Shown here piece after piece: positions 46,737-56,839 of a stretch of 64,000 nt of DNA. Positions within the stretch are counted from its first letter, which is position 1. Every line of letters begins with the position of its first letter. A program made the translations under genes and the position numbers. Source of the DNA: a virus; IMG/VR virus record IMGVR_UViG_3300042888_002402; one strand, 5' to 3'. Under the pieces are notes generated by a model. That model made no database searches. It saw only the letters and a list, made by a program, of their open reading frames with translations, and had not been told where the DNA came from.

Positions 46737-46897
46737 TCAATGACTATAAATTAATATTAGAACAAATTGCCGCAGTAGTCGAAGATTTATGTCAACAAGA
46801 TCTTGCAAAATTTCTCTAAGAATGTTATAATGTGTGTGAGTACAATCAACAACACCTTGCAGAAATGCAAGTAAAAGTTAGAAAAGAGTTTTATTAA
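46733..46897 (+). pseudogene. Probable remnant of a 'TEKT' family C-terminus with an internal stop
   Basis: Reads MINDYKLILEQIAAVVEDLCQQDLAKFL*ECYNVCEYNQQHLAEMQVKVRKEFY* (TAA at 46817); resembles the terminal helices of the paralogs (RIEKVTQLLKDL...CVPIVEHNFEH). Confidence 0.45.
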
Positions 46898-46905
46898 GGG
46901 CATAA

Positions 46906-47553
46906 TTGTTAAAAGCAGCTATTGTATATGTTCAAGGATCTGGTGGAAATCTTCTATCTAGGACTTTGTCACTGAGTGAAAAAACTGTAGCATATTTGCC
47001 GGCGGAATATAGTCAGCACCAACCCTACTTAAAATTATCCGCTCAACAGAGATTTTTATTGTATAATAATTGGAATTCAGCGGACTGGCCCAGTACAGAA
47101 AACGCATTAAAAATTTGGTACCATACTGGTCTACAGGATTTTGTTAACTACGAAAATAGTAATCTTTGGTTGATTGATCATTTCCATCCAGCAATGTTTA
47201 AATTTGAGTCAGACAGAAAACTCTTGTGGGATAATGTAAATTCGTGGGAACAATTAATTTTTATCAAATATCAACCCAGTAGTGTTGAACTAATTAAATA
47301 TCTGGCTAAGATAAAGAGACTAGATTTAGATAGTGTGTATCAACTTGAACAGACCGAATTAGAGACTTTTGATAAATTACAGACTGATTATCAAGCAAAC
47401 ATTATTAACTGGGAACACATGTTAGAAAAAGACAGCTATGTTGATGTAATACATCAACTGTCTCGAAAACTAGATCTAGATCTAGATTTGGCATTAGTTG
47501 TTAAACTTTGGCAATCATGGAAAACAGCAACGGATAAATTATTAAATGAATGA
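46906..47553 (+). CDS. Hypothetical protein, possible P-loop/sulfotransferase-like fold
   Basis: N-terminal IVYVQGSGGNLLSRTL and late INWEHML resemble sulfotransferase-fold patterns; TTG start. Confidence 0.4.
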   Translation: MLKAAIVYVQGSGGNLLSRTLSLSEKTVAYLPAEYSQHQPYLKLSAQQRFLLYNNWNSADWPSTENALKIWYHTGLQDFVNYENSNLWLIDHFHPAMFKFESDRKLLWDNVNSWEQLIFIKYQPSSVELIKYLAKIKRLDLDSVYQLEQTELETFDKLQTDYQANIINWEHMLEKDSYVDVIHQLSRKLDLDLDLALVVKLWQSWKTATDKLLNE

Positions 47554-48874
47554 CATAGAATTTAAACAACAAGTACTAGACACCAAAAGTGCCAGCTTCT
47601 GTGCGGCCAAATGGTACAATGCCACTATATGGTTGGGTTCAGGACAGACCACCAGTTGTCACCACCCACTGCCACATGCTATAGATGTTGACGACATTAA
47701 ACGCAATCCTAGTGCATTGCACAACACGCAGAAGAAAAAAATGGAACGTGAGCAGATGCAACGAGGTGAACGTCCCAGCGGGTGTGAATACTGCTGGAAG
47801 ATAGAAGACATTGGCAGAGATAATATTAGCGACCGTGTGTATAAAAGTAAAATTTACCCTATAGAGGAACTCAACCGTGCATTCAGAACACCTGCTAGGG
47901 AAGACTTTGATCTCAAAACGCTTGAAATTGCGTTTGATCGTACTTGCCAATTTGCTTGTAGTTATTGCAACCCTGCTTTCAGTAGCACATGGGTCAATGA
48001 CATTAAAAAACACGGCGCCTATACCAATTTGGTGTCCGATGGCCGCAATCACTTTACTCACACTCACGACGGCAGTCAACTATACCGTTTTGGTGAAATC
48101 AATCCATACGTTGAAGCATTTTTTAAGTGGTGGGAAACTGATCTTCACAAAACTCTTCAAGAGCTCAGAATAACCGGCGGTGAACCGTTGATGAGTGCAG
48201 AGACATGGAAACTGATTGAATGGTTTAAAGCCAACAAAGGACGTAGCAAAACACGTCTGGCCATCAACAGCAATCTAGGCACTGATGTTGACATAGATCG
48301 TTTGCTTGAGGCCATTGATGGAGTCGAAGTTGATTTATATACCAGTAACGAGTCAACAAGCCTACAGTCTGAATATATTCGTGATGGACTTGTGTGGGAT
48401 GATTGGGTCAACAATGTAGAACGGTTACTTGATTCTGGAAAATTCCGCAGTATTCATGTCATGTGCACAATCAATGCGCTGTGTTTAGATAGCTTGGATA
48501 GTTTGCTTTCTTGCATACACAATTGGAAAATTGAATATGGAAGAGATGCAATTAGTTTTACTTTAAATATATTACGTTTTCCCAGCTTTCAATCGCCATT
48601 GGTGTTGCCAAACAACATGCGTGAACAATATAAAACCTGTCTTGAACAGTGGTTGTATCAAAATGACGGAGAGTTTTTACATGAACACGAGCATAATCAT
48701 ATACAACGATTAATTGACTATCTTGATGTAGTTAAAACTCCGCATGCCGAATCGGCCAAATTAACTGTGCTTCAACAAGATTTTAAACAATTTTACACAC
48801 AATACGATCAGCGTCGTGAAAAAGACTTCGGTTCCACGTTCCCCGAATTAAAAGATTGGTACGACTCATTGTGA
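47546..48874 (+). CDS. Radical SAM enzyme with N-terminal Twitch/SPASM-like domain (closest paralog of 40537..41949)
   Basis: CAAKW, SCHHP, NPSALHNT, GCEYCW; core CQFACSYC, TGGEPL, SEYIRDGL. Confidence 0.88.
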   Translation: MNDIEFKQQVLDTKSASFCAAKWYNATIWLGSGQTTSCHHPLPHAIDVDDIKRNPSALHNTQKKKMEREQMQRGERPSGCEYCWKIEDIGRDNISDRVYKSKIYPIEELNRAFRTPAREDFDLKTLEIAFDRTCQFACSYCNPAFSSTWVNDIKKHGAYTNLVSDGRNHFTHTHDGSQLYRFGEINPYVEAFFKWWETDLHKTLQELRITGGEPLMSAETWKLIEWFKANKGRSKTRLAINSNLGTDVDIDRLLEAIDGVEVDLYTSNESTSLQSEYIRDGLVWDDWVNNVERLLDSGKFRSIHVMCTINALCLDSLDSLLSCIHNWKIEYGRDAISFTLNILRFPSFQSPLVLPNNMREQYKTCLEQWLYQNDGEFLHEHEHNHIQRLIDYLDVVKTPHAESAKLTVLQQDFKQFYTQYDQRREKDFGSTFPELKDWYDSL

Positions 48875-49746
48875 AAATACTAGGTACATTATTTGTACTA
48901 CTGTTAAATACTGCGGCATTAGCAGATGTAGTCAAGATATATTCTCCATATGCTCCGTCGCATTCGGCCACTCCTGCTATGTTTAAAATCATTAATCAGG
49001 CCAACAAATCGCAACACACTTATTCTTTTGTGCTGGAATTCAAGCCCGGCGGCAACCAAATGATTGCTCTACAAGCATTGGATGCAACCAGCCTGGCCGT
49101 TATTGCTCCGGCCTTTGTAGAAAATGTAGCCGCAGGTAAGATCTTAGAGTCGGACTATGTGCCTGTTCATGCTCTGGGCGATGCTTGCTGGACAGTGATC
49201 ACAAATGGTAGCATTACGGATCAAAAAGAAATGACTGTGGGCGGAGTGGGTATTGGTAATGCCACACATTTAACAGCCCTGGCACTAGGCGAGAAATATG
49301 GCTTTAGCGTTAGATATATAGTGTTCAAAAGCAACAACGATGCCTTGGTAAACATGGCCGGCAACAATGGAATTTTTATGGTAATTGATCGTTACGAATC
49401 ATATCAAACACTAAAAACCAAAAATGCCAAGTTGCAAGCATTTGCGGCATCCTGTCCCACTAGACTGCCGCAGGCACCCAGTGTTCAAACTCTGCATGAA
49501 ATAGGTATTGATGCGCCGTATGTGTTCAACATCATTGTGGCACATAGATCAATGACGGCCACACAGCGTCAAGCAATAGCAACTGTGTTAAATGATGCAC
49601 AACGAGCTGTTGGATACAGTGAAATTTTTAACTTGTCTGGGGTAAAAATCCCCGACATCTCGGCAGAAGAATTCTATGCTAAATCTGTTGCACAAGTTAA
49701 AAGATTGCAAGAAAAATATAGAAAAGAAATTAATCAATCACGATGA
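48871..49746 (+). CDS. Tripartite tricarboxylate transporter substrate-binding protein (TctC/Bug family)
   Basis: Signal-peptide-like start (..LLNTAALA-D), KPGGNQMIA, GIGNATHL, FKSNNDALVNMAG, RLPQAPSVQTL.E.G; GTG 48871 overlaps the upstream stop. Confidence 0.75.
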   Translation: MKILGTLFVLLLNTAALADVVKIYSPYAPSHSATPAMFKIINQANKSQHTYSFVLEFKPGGNQMIALQALDATSLAVIAPAFVENVAAGKILESDYVPVHALGDACWTVITNGSITDQKEMTVGGVGIGNATHLTALALGEKYGFSVRYIVFKSNNDALVNMAGNNGIFMVIDRYESYQTLKTKNAKLQAFAASCPTRLPQAPSVQTLHEIGIDAPYVFNIIVAHRSMTATQRQAIATVLNDAQRAVGYSEIFNLSGVKIPDISAEEFYAKSVAQVKRLQEKYRKEINQSR

Positions 49747-51002
49747 CATACCGATATAATTCAACAGATCTAGTCCGAACCACCGAACTCACTGTTCGCG
49801 AACAGTTTCTTTTACAGGACTCAAAAACCTTCTGCATGTATCCTTGGATTCATTTACATGCTTATCCCACAGGCGAAGCATATCCTTGCTGTCATGCTGA
49901 AATGAAGCCAGGTGTTATGGGCAACTGTAGAACAAATACGCTAGAAGAAATATGGCGCGGAGAGCCCATGCAGAAGTTACGTGCGCACATGTTAAGCGAA
50001 ACTCCTCATGCTGCCTGCACACGCTGTTATGAACAGGAAGAATCAGGTTTCTTTTCGGGCCGCAAGAGTGCAAACAAGCATCATGGGCATCACATAAAGA
50101 AGCTGGCGGAGAATCCATTTGAAATGACTTATTGGGACATACGTTTCTCAAACTTATGTAATCTTAAATGTCGTAGCTGTGGGCATATTTTCAGCAGTCA
50201 ATGGTATCAAGATCAAGCAAAACTTGCTGGCTCAGAGTGGAAAGAACGCAATACTGTTCTTAACTATGCTGGCCGTACAGAAACAGACATGTGGGAACAA
50301 CTGGAACCACATTTGGATTATGTGGAACAGATATATTTTGCCGGTGGCGAACCGTTGCTGATGGATGAACATTATCGTATCTTAGATGAATTGGTACGGC
50401 GAGGCCGGTTTGAGGTGCGTTTAATATACAACACAAACTTCACACATACTGACTTAAAAGGGCGCTCGGTGTTTGAATATTGGAAAAAGTTTAAATCAGT
50501 GGCAGTGGGCGCAAGTTTAGATGACATGGGTGCCCGTGCAGAATACATACGCAAAGGCACAGACTGGGCAGTGGTGCGCCAGAATCGTCAAGACATGCTG
50601 GCCGTATGTCCAGATGTGGATTTTTACATCTCGCCTACACTAAGCATCATGAATGCATGGCATCTGACAGAGTTTCATCGTGCCTGGGTAGAACAAGGTC
50701 TAATCCGCGCACAAGACCTCAATGTAAACATACTACAAGATCCGCTACACTACAGGATTGATATTGCACCGTCTGACTACAAAGCACAGTTACAAGCAAA
50801 ATGGACACAACATATTGAATGGCTTCGTCCACAAGATCACTTGGGTCGCGCAACGCAGGGATTTGAAAGTGCAATTACTTTTATGAATGCCACAGATAAC
50901 ACACAGCTAATAGATACATTCTGGCGCAAAACACATGAACTAGATGAGATCAGAAAAGAAAACATTCTGGACGTGATACCAGAATTGAAGGCTCTGAAAT
51001 GA
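49743..51002 (+). CDS. Radical SAM enzyme with N-terminal Twitch/SPASM-like domain
   Basis: CMYPW, G.AYPCC, GN.....LEEIW, ACTRCY; core CNLKCRSC, FAGGEPL, YNTN. Confidence 0.9.
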   Translation: MTYRYNSTDLVRTTELTVREQFLLQDSKTFCMYPWIHLHAYPTGEAYPCCHAEMKPGVMGNCRTNTLEEIWRGEPMQKLRAHMLSETPHAACTRCYEQEESGFFSGRKSANKHHGHHIKKLAENPFEMTYWDIRFSNLCNLKCRSCGHIFSSQWYQDQAKLAGSEWKERNTVLNYAGRTETDMWEQLEPHLDYVEQIYFAGGEPLLMDEHYRILDELVRRGRFEVRLIYNTNFTHTDLKGRSVFEYWKKFKSVAVGASLDDMGARAEYIRKGTDWAVVRQNRQDMLAVCPDVDFYISPTLSIMNAWHLTEFHRAWVEQGLIRAQDLNVNILQDPLHYRIDIAPSDYKAQLQAKWTQHIEWLRPQDHLGRATQGFESAITFMNATDNTQLIDTFWRKTHELDEIRKENILDVIPELKALK

Positions 51003-52210
51003 ATATTCCACACGATAAATTCTGTGTATTGCCCTGGATCAGCTTAGAAGCCAGTCCTGTTGGTACAGTGCGTCCTTGTTGCTTGGCCGACGACGAAATT
51101 GTTGACAACAACAATGAAAAGTTCAGTTTAATGACTGCTGACTTTGCTGACATACAAAACAGCACACACATGCGCACATTGCGTGAACAATTTCTAGCAG
51201 GTGAAAAACCACAGACATGCCGCAAGTGCTGGAATGAAGAACGTGCAGGACGCACTAGCAAGCGTATGCACACCTTGGACAGAATGAAACACATGGGCAT
51301 CACGTCAGACTGGACTGCCGATTCCAAGCCCGTGATGTTCCTGGATCTTAAACTGGGCAACATCTGCAACCTAAAATGTCGTATATGCGGATCATGGAGT
51401 TCAAGCCAATTTGCCACAGAAGAACTGGCACAATTGCCCACGGAAGAAAAAAAGTCCAGTTTTGCATATCAAATGTTACAAGCAGGTGCTTGGCCTAGAG
51501 ATAATACTCAGTTTTGGGGAGAAATTGATCAGCATTTAAATGATATACGCTATATTGAATTCACTGGCGGCGAGCCATTTATGATTCGAGAGCATTTCCA
51601 AATGCTACAGGGCATCGTGGATCGTGGTATTGCACATCAAGTTGAAATACATTATAATACAAATGGCACACACTACCCTGAAGAAGCCGTTGAAATTTGG
51701 AAACATTTTAAAACTGTGGAAATAGCATTTTCAATTGATGACCTAGGCGCAAGATTTGAATATCAGCGCACCAACGCGGTATGGTCAGACGTGGTGTTCA
51801 ATATTGATCGTTTCCGTTTACTAAGAGAAGACTATCCTAACATTCAGTTACAATGCTGTGCCACTGTGAATGTGTTTAATGTGCGCTATATTGATCAACT
51901 GGCACAATGGATCAACCAGCAGGCCTTTGATTTTGTGTACTGGAACATGATGCACGATGCATGGTATTTCTCAATTGCTACACTGCCCGCGATGGCCAAA
52001 GCAGCCATTGCAGATCATTTACGCACATGTGATGTTCCTGTCAAGTGGCGCGGGGAATTTGACAACATAATTGAATTTATGAATGGTGGTGCTGACTCTG
52101 ATGGATTTATATTGCGTATGAAAGTGCGTGATCTAGATCGCAAACGGAATCAGAACTTGGCCACAGTGGCTCCAGAATTGGCAGAATTAATTGAATACAC
52201 CAAAACCTGA
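50999..52210 (+). CDS. Radical SAM enzyme with N-terminal Twitch/SPASM-like domain
   Basis: CVLPW, GTVRPCC, TCRKCW; core CNLKCRIC, FTGGEPF, YNTNG. Confidence 0.9.
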   Translation: MNIPHDKFCVLPWISLEASPVGTVRPCCLADDEIVDNNNEKFSLMTADFADIQNSTHMRTLREQFLAGEKPQTCRKCWNEERAGRTSKRMHTLDRMKHMGITSDWTADSKPVMFLDLKLGNICNLKCRICGSWSSSQFATEELAQLPTEEKKSSFAYQMLQAGAWPRDNTQFWGEIDQHLNDIRYIEFTGGEPFMIREHFQMLQGIVDRGIAHQVEIHYNTNGTHYPEEAVEIWKHFKTVEIAFSIDDLGARFEYQRTNAVWSDVVFNIDRFRLLREDYPNIQLQCCATVNVFNVRYIDQLAQWINQQAFDFVYWNMMHDAWYFSIATLPAMAKAAIADHLRTCDVPVKWRGEFDNIIEFMNGGADSDGFILRMKVRDLDRKRNQNLATVAPELAELIEYTKT

Positions 52211-53489
52211 CACCTTGTGCATGGCACCGTGGACGCACACATATCTCAGTCCGCAGACTGAACGACGCATGTGTTGTGCCTCACGAGAAAATGCACAAAG
52301 TTTCACACAGTATATAGATACTGGTCCGGGTACCGGTAATTATACTCCTAGTACTTTAGAAGAACATTGGAATAGTGAACACATGAAGTCAGTTCGTCGT
52401 CGTATGATGGCCGGGGAAACATTGCCCGAATGTGATGTATGCAACAACAAGCTATTAAATACAAATGTCTATCGCAGTTATTTTAATCAACTCTTTGGCC
52501 ACAAATATGTAGATGTCATGTCTGCTACTCTTCCTGACGGATCAACATCAGTAAAACCAGTCAGCTGGGATTATAGATTTAGTAATCTTTGCAACTTTAA
52601 ATGTCGCATGTGCGGAGATATGTTAAGCAGTTCATGGGAAAGCGAACAACGTCAGCATGACATGATTGACTGGACCAATACAAAAAATAATTGGATGATT
52701 CCTGATGTAAGAAATAAAATAAGTAAATTTCAAGATAGCCAAATTGAGTTAGAATTTAGTCAAGCAGTAGAAGAACATCGTGTAGAAGAAGTGTATTGGG
52801 TTGGTGGCGAACCGTTGATGTATGAACAACATTGGCGGTATATGAAACGCATTATAGAACTGGGTGATGGAAAAAATGTCTACGCTAGATACAACACAAA
52901 TCTCAGCCGCATTGATTATCGCGGGATTAATTTGTTCAGTGACATATTGGCCAATTTGCGAGATTGGCAAGTATGTGCAAGTCTTGATGGCACCGGAGTA
53001 GTAGGAGAATACATACGAACAGGACTTGATTATCAACAGTTCTTGCAAAATTTCAACAAAGGACTTGCGTACAAGCACAACAGTAGGAACATGCGTCTTG
53101 ATTTTACTCTTACTTTACCAGGAATGTTTGAAGTCAACAACATGCAAACATTATCACAACAATTAGAAGTAGAGCTACTGACCAAAGTGGTGTTTAGTTT
53201 TAGCCCTGATATTGTGATGAGTCCATTGGCATTGCCCAGAAAGTTGTTGGATCCGTGGATAGATGAACTAGTAGACCATTCAACTGGTACAATGCGCAGT
53301 ATGCTACTACAGTTAAAAACAAGACCCACATTTGAAGAACAATGGCCCGAAGAATATCAATCTGCTATTGCACAAGGTAAAGCTCGTGTGTTAAAATTAG
53401 AACAGATTAGAACCCAATCAACAACAATGACAGACATACTCAGTGCCCGGTCTGATGTACTTAAATGGTGGATGCAAATTGAAAGTTAA
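52191..53489 (+). CDS. Radical SAM enzyme with N-terminal Twitch/SPASM-like domain
   Basis: CMAPW, RMCC, LEEHWNS, ECDVC; core CNFKCRMC, VGGEPL, YNTN. Confidence 0.9.
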   Translation: MNTPKPDTLCMAPWTHTYLSPQTERRMCCASRENAQSFTQYIDTGPGTGNYTPSTLEEHWNSEHMKSVRRRMMAGETLPECDVCNNKLLNTNVYRSYFNQLFGHKYVDVMSATLPDGSTSVKPVSWDYRFSNLCNFKCRMCGDMLSSSWESEQRQHDMIDWTNTKNNWMIPDVRNKISKFQDSQIELEFSQAVEEHRVEEVYWVGGEPLMYEQHWRYMKRIIELGDGKNVYARYNTNLSRIDYRGINLFSDILANLRDWQVCASLDGTGVVGEYIRTGLDYQQFLQNFNKGLAYKHNSRNMRLDFTLTLPGMFEVNNMQTLSQQLEVELLTKVVFSFSPDIVMSPLALPRKLLDPWIDELVDHSTGTMRSMLLQLKTRPTFEEQWPEEYQSAIAQGKARVLKLEQIRTQSTTMTDILSARSDVLKWWMQIES

Positions 53490-54543
53490 AGTAGTATTAA
53501 GAAACCCGTTAGATAAAACAGACACAGTTGACTACACTATTGTAGTCAACGATTCACCAATGGGTCTGCGTTGGTATCATGCATTGCAAGATTTACTAAA
53601 ACGAAACAAATATTTAGAAAAGAATTTTTGTTTTTTAGGATTTCCAGATAGCTCACGAGATTTAGATTATATTTGCAAAGAACTGACCTGGGCTAAAAAT
53701 ACCATTAATTGTTTTTTTGCAGGCAAATACACTATCAAAGAAATTTTTTCTCCTGACTCATTACGCACAGGTCTTGATCCTAATCAAGACCTAATGAATC
53801 AACTGCACAATCATTTTGAACATTTACAAGGTACAGTTTGGGAACTAAGTGATTGGTATAAACGTGCAGATTACACTACAAAATTTGCTATTAGACAATT
53901 AAATCTTCTATGCCACGAAGCAGAAAGTTTGATATTATCACAACGTAAAAAAGTAACAAATCCAGACTGGGTACGCTCTAGTCAAATCACTACATTTTTG
54001 AATGCTGCTCGAATTAATTTTCCAAATGAATATAAAACAACCTTTGATGAAACTAGATACGATAGAAAATTTGGCGAAGTATATTTGCACTGGACACAGA
54101 TCGGCAAAACTCTTTATGAGGTTTACAGAGACGAACAAGGTGTAGACATTGATCAATCTGTGTGTGATGCTATAACGCATCTACGTTATTATTCTGGAGA
54201 ATTTGACATTGAATGGGGCCAGGATGTTGTTTACGGTACGCATTATTGGCACAAAAAAGAAATAGACAAGTTTAAAGAGTGGCTAGTAAAACAAGGATTT
54301 GATCCAGAAGACTCACAATACAATTATGGATATCATCCAGTGGGGCAAGTTGATTTACAAAATAGTTTTGGAACTACTGATTTCAAACAAATTTTGTCAA
54401 TGTTAAGTAAACATTTAGATATATACAAGATAGAAGCCAATGGAGTGTCTGCAACTTATGATTATACATGGAGTGACCCTGACTATTATCAAAAACAAAT
54501 TGCATGTTTGACACCTGGTTACAATCATAGTTCAAAAATATAA
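53443..54543 (+). CDS. Hypothetical protein (true start probably TTG near 53479)
   Basis: 366-aa ORF with NQLHNHFEHLQG, LNLLCHEAE, YLHWTQIGKT; lies between the radical SAM array and the carbamoyltransferase. Confidence 0.7.
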   Translation: MPGLMYLNGGCKLKVKVVLRNPLDKTDTVDYTIVVNDSPMGLRWYHALQDLLKRNKYLEKNFCFLGFPDSSRDLDYICKELTWAKNTINCFFAGKYTIKEIFSPDSLRTGLDPNQDLMNQLHNHFEHLQGTVWELSDWYKRADYTTKFAIRQLNLLCHEAESLILSQRKKVTNPDWVRSSQITTFLNAARINFPNEYKTTFDETRYDRKFGEVYLHWTQIGKTLYEVYRDEQGVDIDQSVCDAITHLRYYSGEFDIEWGQDVVYGTHYWHKKEIDKFKEWLVKQGFDPEDSQYNYGYHPVGQVDLQNSFGTTDFKQILSMLSKHLDIYKIEANGVSATYDYTWSDPDYYQKQIACLTPGYNHSSKI

Positions 54544-54553
54544 AGGAATTACA

Positions 54554-54655
54554 ATGAATTGGTTAAAAAATTTAATAGCCCGTGTGCGTCTTGAAATACG
54601 GTATCGTAAAAAATTAAAAGAATTGCGCAAAAGAGATCCGTTTATTTACAAATGA
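54554..54655 (+). CDS. 33-aa basic microprotein coupled to the carbamoyltransferase; not in the ORF track
   Basis: AAGGA RBS, then MNWLKNLIARVRLEIRYRKKLKELRKRDPFIYK*; its TGA overlaps ATG 54652 (ATGA) and it fills the gap. Confidence 0.7.
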   Translation: MNWLKNLIARVRLEIRYRKKLKELRKRDPFIYK

Positions 54656-56151
54656 AAGTATTAGGTATAAGTGCTGGGTTTCATGATGCGTCAGTGTCGC
54701 TGATTGATAATGGGACCATTTTATTTGCTGGACATGCAGAACGCTACAGTAAGATTAAAAATGATGCCCATATAAATGATTCACTTGTTGCAGATGCACT
54801 AAGTCACGGCAATCCTGATCTGATTGCCTATTATGAACGCCCTTGGATCAAAAAATTACAACAACTATATTCAGGACAGTATGAAGAAGCATTTGATTTT
54901 GGCAACTTTACTTTGGATCAGTATTTGCGTAAACATCTATCTGACACTGTTCATCGGCAGCAACTATTACAATGCCCTAGAAAATATATGTCCCATCATC
55001 ATAGTCACGCCGCCGCAGGATTCCAATCCAGTCCCTATAACAGGGCCACAGTGGTTGTAATTGATGCAATTGGCGAACTAGATACCATATCAATTTGGGG
55101 TGCGGAATATAATAAGCATGGTCACGCAACATATAAGAGGCTCTGGACACAACGTTATCCACATTCAATTGGACTGTTCTATTCGGCGGCCACCGCCAGT
55201 GTTGGGTTGCGACCACTGGATGAAGAATACATTTTGATGGGCATGGCTGCGTATGGAGATGCCACAAAAGCTGTTGGCATGCATGCTTTAGTAAAAGATT
55301 CAGATCAGATACTCTTCCGTGACAATCTACACACAGGCATTGACAGTAAATATCTGCAGGATCTAGAAGAATTTGATATTGCTGCCGGAGCACAGGCCAT
55401 TGCAGAGCGACTAATCAACAGTGTCATGCGTAGAGCCAGTGACTTTAACTGGTCTAACAATTTGGTCTATATGGGAGGAGTTGCTCTTAACTGTAGTGCT
55501 AATCGTAATTTGGGGAAGTTTTTTGACAATATTTGGATTATGCCTAATCCTGGCGACGCTGGCAGTAGTCTGGGTGCAGCGGCACTGGCATACAGGAAAC
55601 AGATACATTGGCCCAATGCCTATCTGGGCACAGATATTCCTGGTGATTATCCTGTCAACAACATTGTGGATTGTCTTCTACGTGATAAAATTGTGGGTGT
55701 GGCCAGTGGACGTGCTGAATTTGGGCCCAGGGCTCTGGGTAATAGATCATTATTGGCAGACCCTCGTGGACCAGACATAAAAGAACGTGTGAATGATATT
55801 AAAAGACGACAGCAATTTAGACCGTTTGCGCCTGTAATTCTAGAGGAACATGTTGATATGTATTTTGATATGCCACGCGGATTTCTAGACAGTAGATACA
55901 TGCAGGTGATTGCTCGTTGTAGGCATCCTCACATATTTCCTGCTATTGTTCATAGGGACGGCACTAGTAGGGTGCAAACAGTACCTGCAGACGGGTCTGG
56001 AATTAGACAACTACTAGAAGCCTGGTACAAGGCAACAGGCTGTCCTATGTTGTTAAACACAAGTCTAAACATACGTGGAGAACCCATGGTAAATGATCGT
56101 GCAGATGCAGATCGATTTGAACAACTATACGGCGTTAAGGTTTGCAGTTAA
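54652..56151 (+). CDS. Carbamoyltransferase, NodU/CmcH/TobZ family
   Basis: LGIS...HDAS, ERYSKIK, HHHSHAAAG, VIDAIGE, SIGLFY, MGMAAYG, GGVALNC, PGDAGSSLGAA, EFGPRALGNRSLLADP, FRPFAP, HRDGTSRVQTV, LLNTSLN..GEP. Confidence 0.95.
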   Translation: MKVLGISAGFHDASVSLIDNGTILFAGHAERYSKIKNDAHINDSLVADALSHGNPDLIAYYERPWIKKLQQLYSGQYEEAFDFGNFTLDQYLRKHLSDTVHRQQLLQCPRKYMSHHHSHAAAGFQSSPYNRATVVVIDAIGELDTISIWGAEYNKHGHATYKRLWTQRYPHSIGLFYSAATASVGLRPLDEEYILMGMAAYGDATKAVGMHALVKDSDQILFRDNLHTGIDSKYLQDLEEFDIAAGAQAIAERLINSVMRRASDFNWSNNLVYMGGVALNCSANRNLGKFFDNIWIMPNPGDAGSSLGAAALAYRKQIHWPNAYLGTDIPGDYPVNNIVDCLLRDKIVGVASGRAEFGPRALGNRSLLADPRGPDIKERVNDIKRRQQFRPFAPVILEEHVDMYFDMPRGFLDSRYMQVIARCRHPHIFPAIVHRDGTSRVQTVPADGSGIRQLLEAWYKATGCPMLLNTSLNIRGEPMVNDRADADRFEQLYGVKVCS

Positions 56152-56839
56152 CTTGTAGCCAGGCAACTACTTGATCTGCAAAAGCCTGGTGAGCCGCTAA
56201 AAAATAATGACCCCAGTCTGTGTGCGGATACTTATTAGTCTCACACCAAGCACAAAAATCTGTATCAATTGCCCAATTAACTCTATCAGTATACTCAACA
56301 GGATGAAAGCTGTTGATATTGATCACTCGTATTCCGTGTTGTGTTGCTAGTGCATTTAGTGCCAGGATATTTTTTAATTTATTCTGGTTGCTTGCTTGCT
56401 GGTTGAGATGGAATTTATTCCATTCATCAGCATACGCCAAATATTCCTCTTCAAAAGATATTTTACCGCCGTCATTATCTCCTGACAACGCATAGGTACT
56501 AGATTTATATCGAGTCCAATGCTGCCTGCCCATAGACATTGGTAACCAACATTTATCAATATCGTGCCATAGTTCAGTTCGAGAACAGCCAGTCCAGCAG
56601 GCTATAACTACATCATTGGTGGTTAAATTTTTTAATTGTTCAATAAAAATTCTGAACATTGCATCATTGCTGCCTCCAGATATGGCATAGTTCATTGGCT
56701 CATAACCTAATCGTCGAGCTACTGAAACAGGATAACTGTTTAACCAACCAAATGATCCAGGATTGTCTATGGTAATGCTAGTGTCCTGGTACATCTCTGC
56801 ACCAGCAGCATGGCTGCAACCTAAAATCAGTGCCTTCAT
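56135..56839 (-). CDS. SGNH hydrolase-like protein
   Basis: From ATG 56839 (overlaps the upstream stop): ILGCSHAAG, NYAISGGSND, C-terminal DWGHY...AH. Confidence 0.55.
   Translation of the reverse strand: MKALILGCSHAAGAEMYQDTSITIDNPGSFGWLNSYPVSVARRLGYEPMNYAISGGSNDAMFRIFIEQLKNLTTNDVVIACWTGCSRTELWHDIDKCWLPMSMGRQHWTRYKSSTYALSGDNDGGKISFEEEYLAYADEWNKFHLNQQASNQNKLKNILALNALATQHGIRVININSFHPVEYTDRVNWAIDTDFCAWCETNKYPHTDWGHYFLAAHQAFADQVVAWLQVNCKP

Noticed and set aside
8431-46819. Stop-codon reassignment, suggested by in-frame TAA at 8431 and 46817
   Set aside because: TAA is the normal terminator of many genes here, TGA and TAG also end genes, and the standard code gives very high coding density including a 4773-aa ORF.
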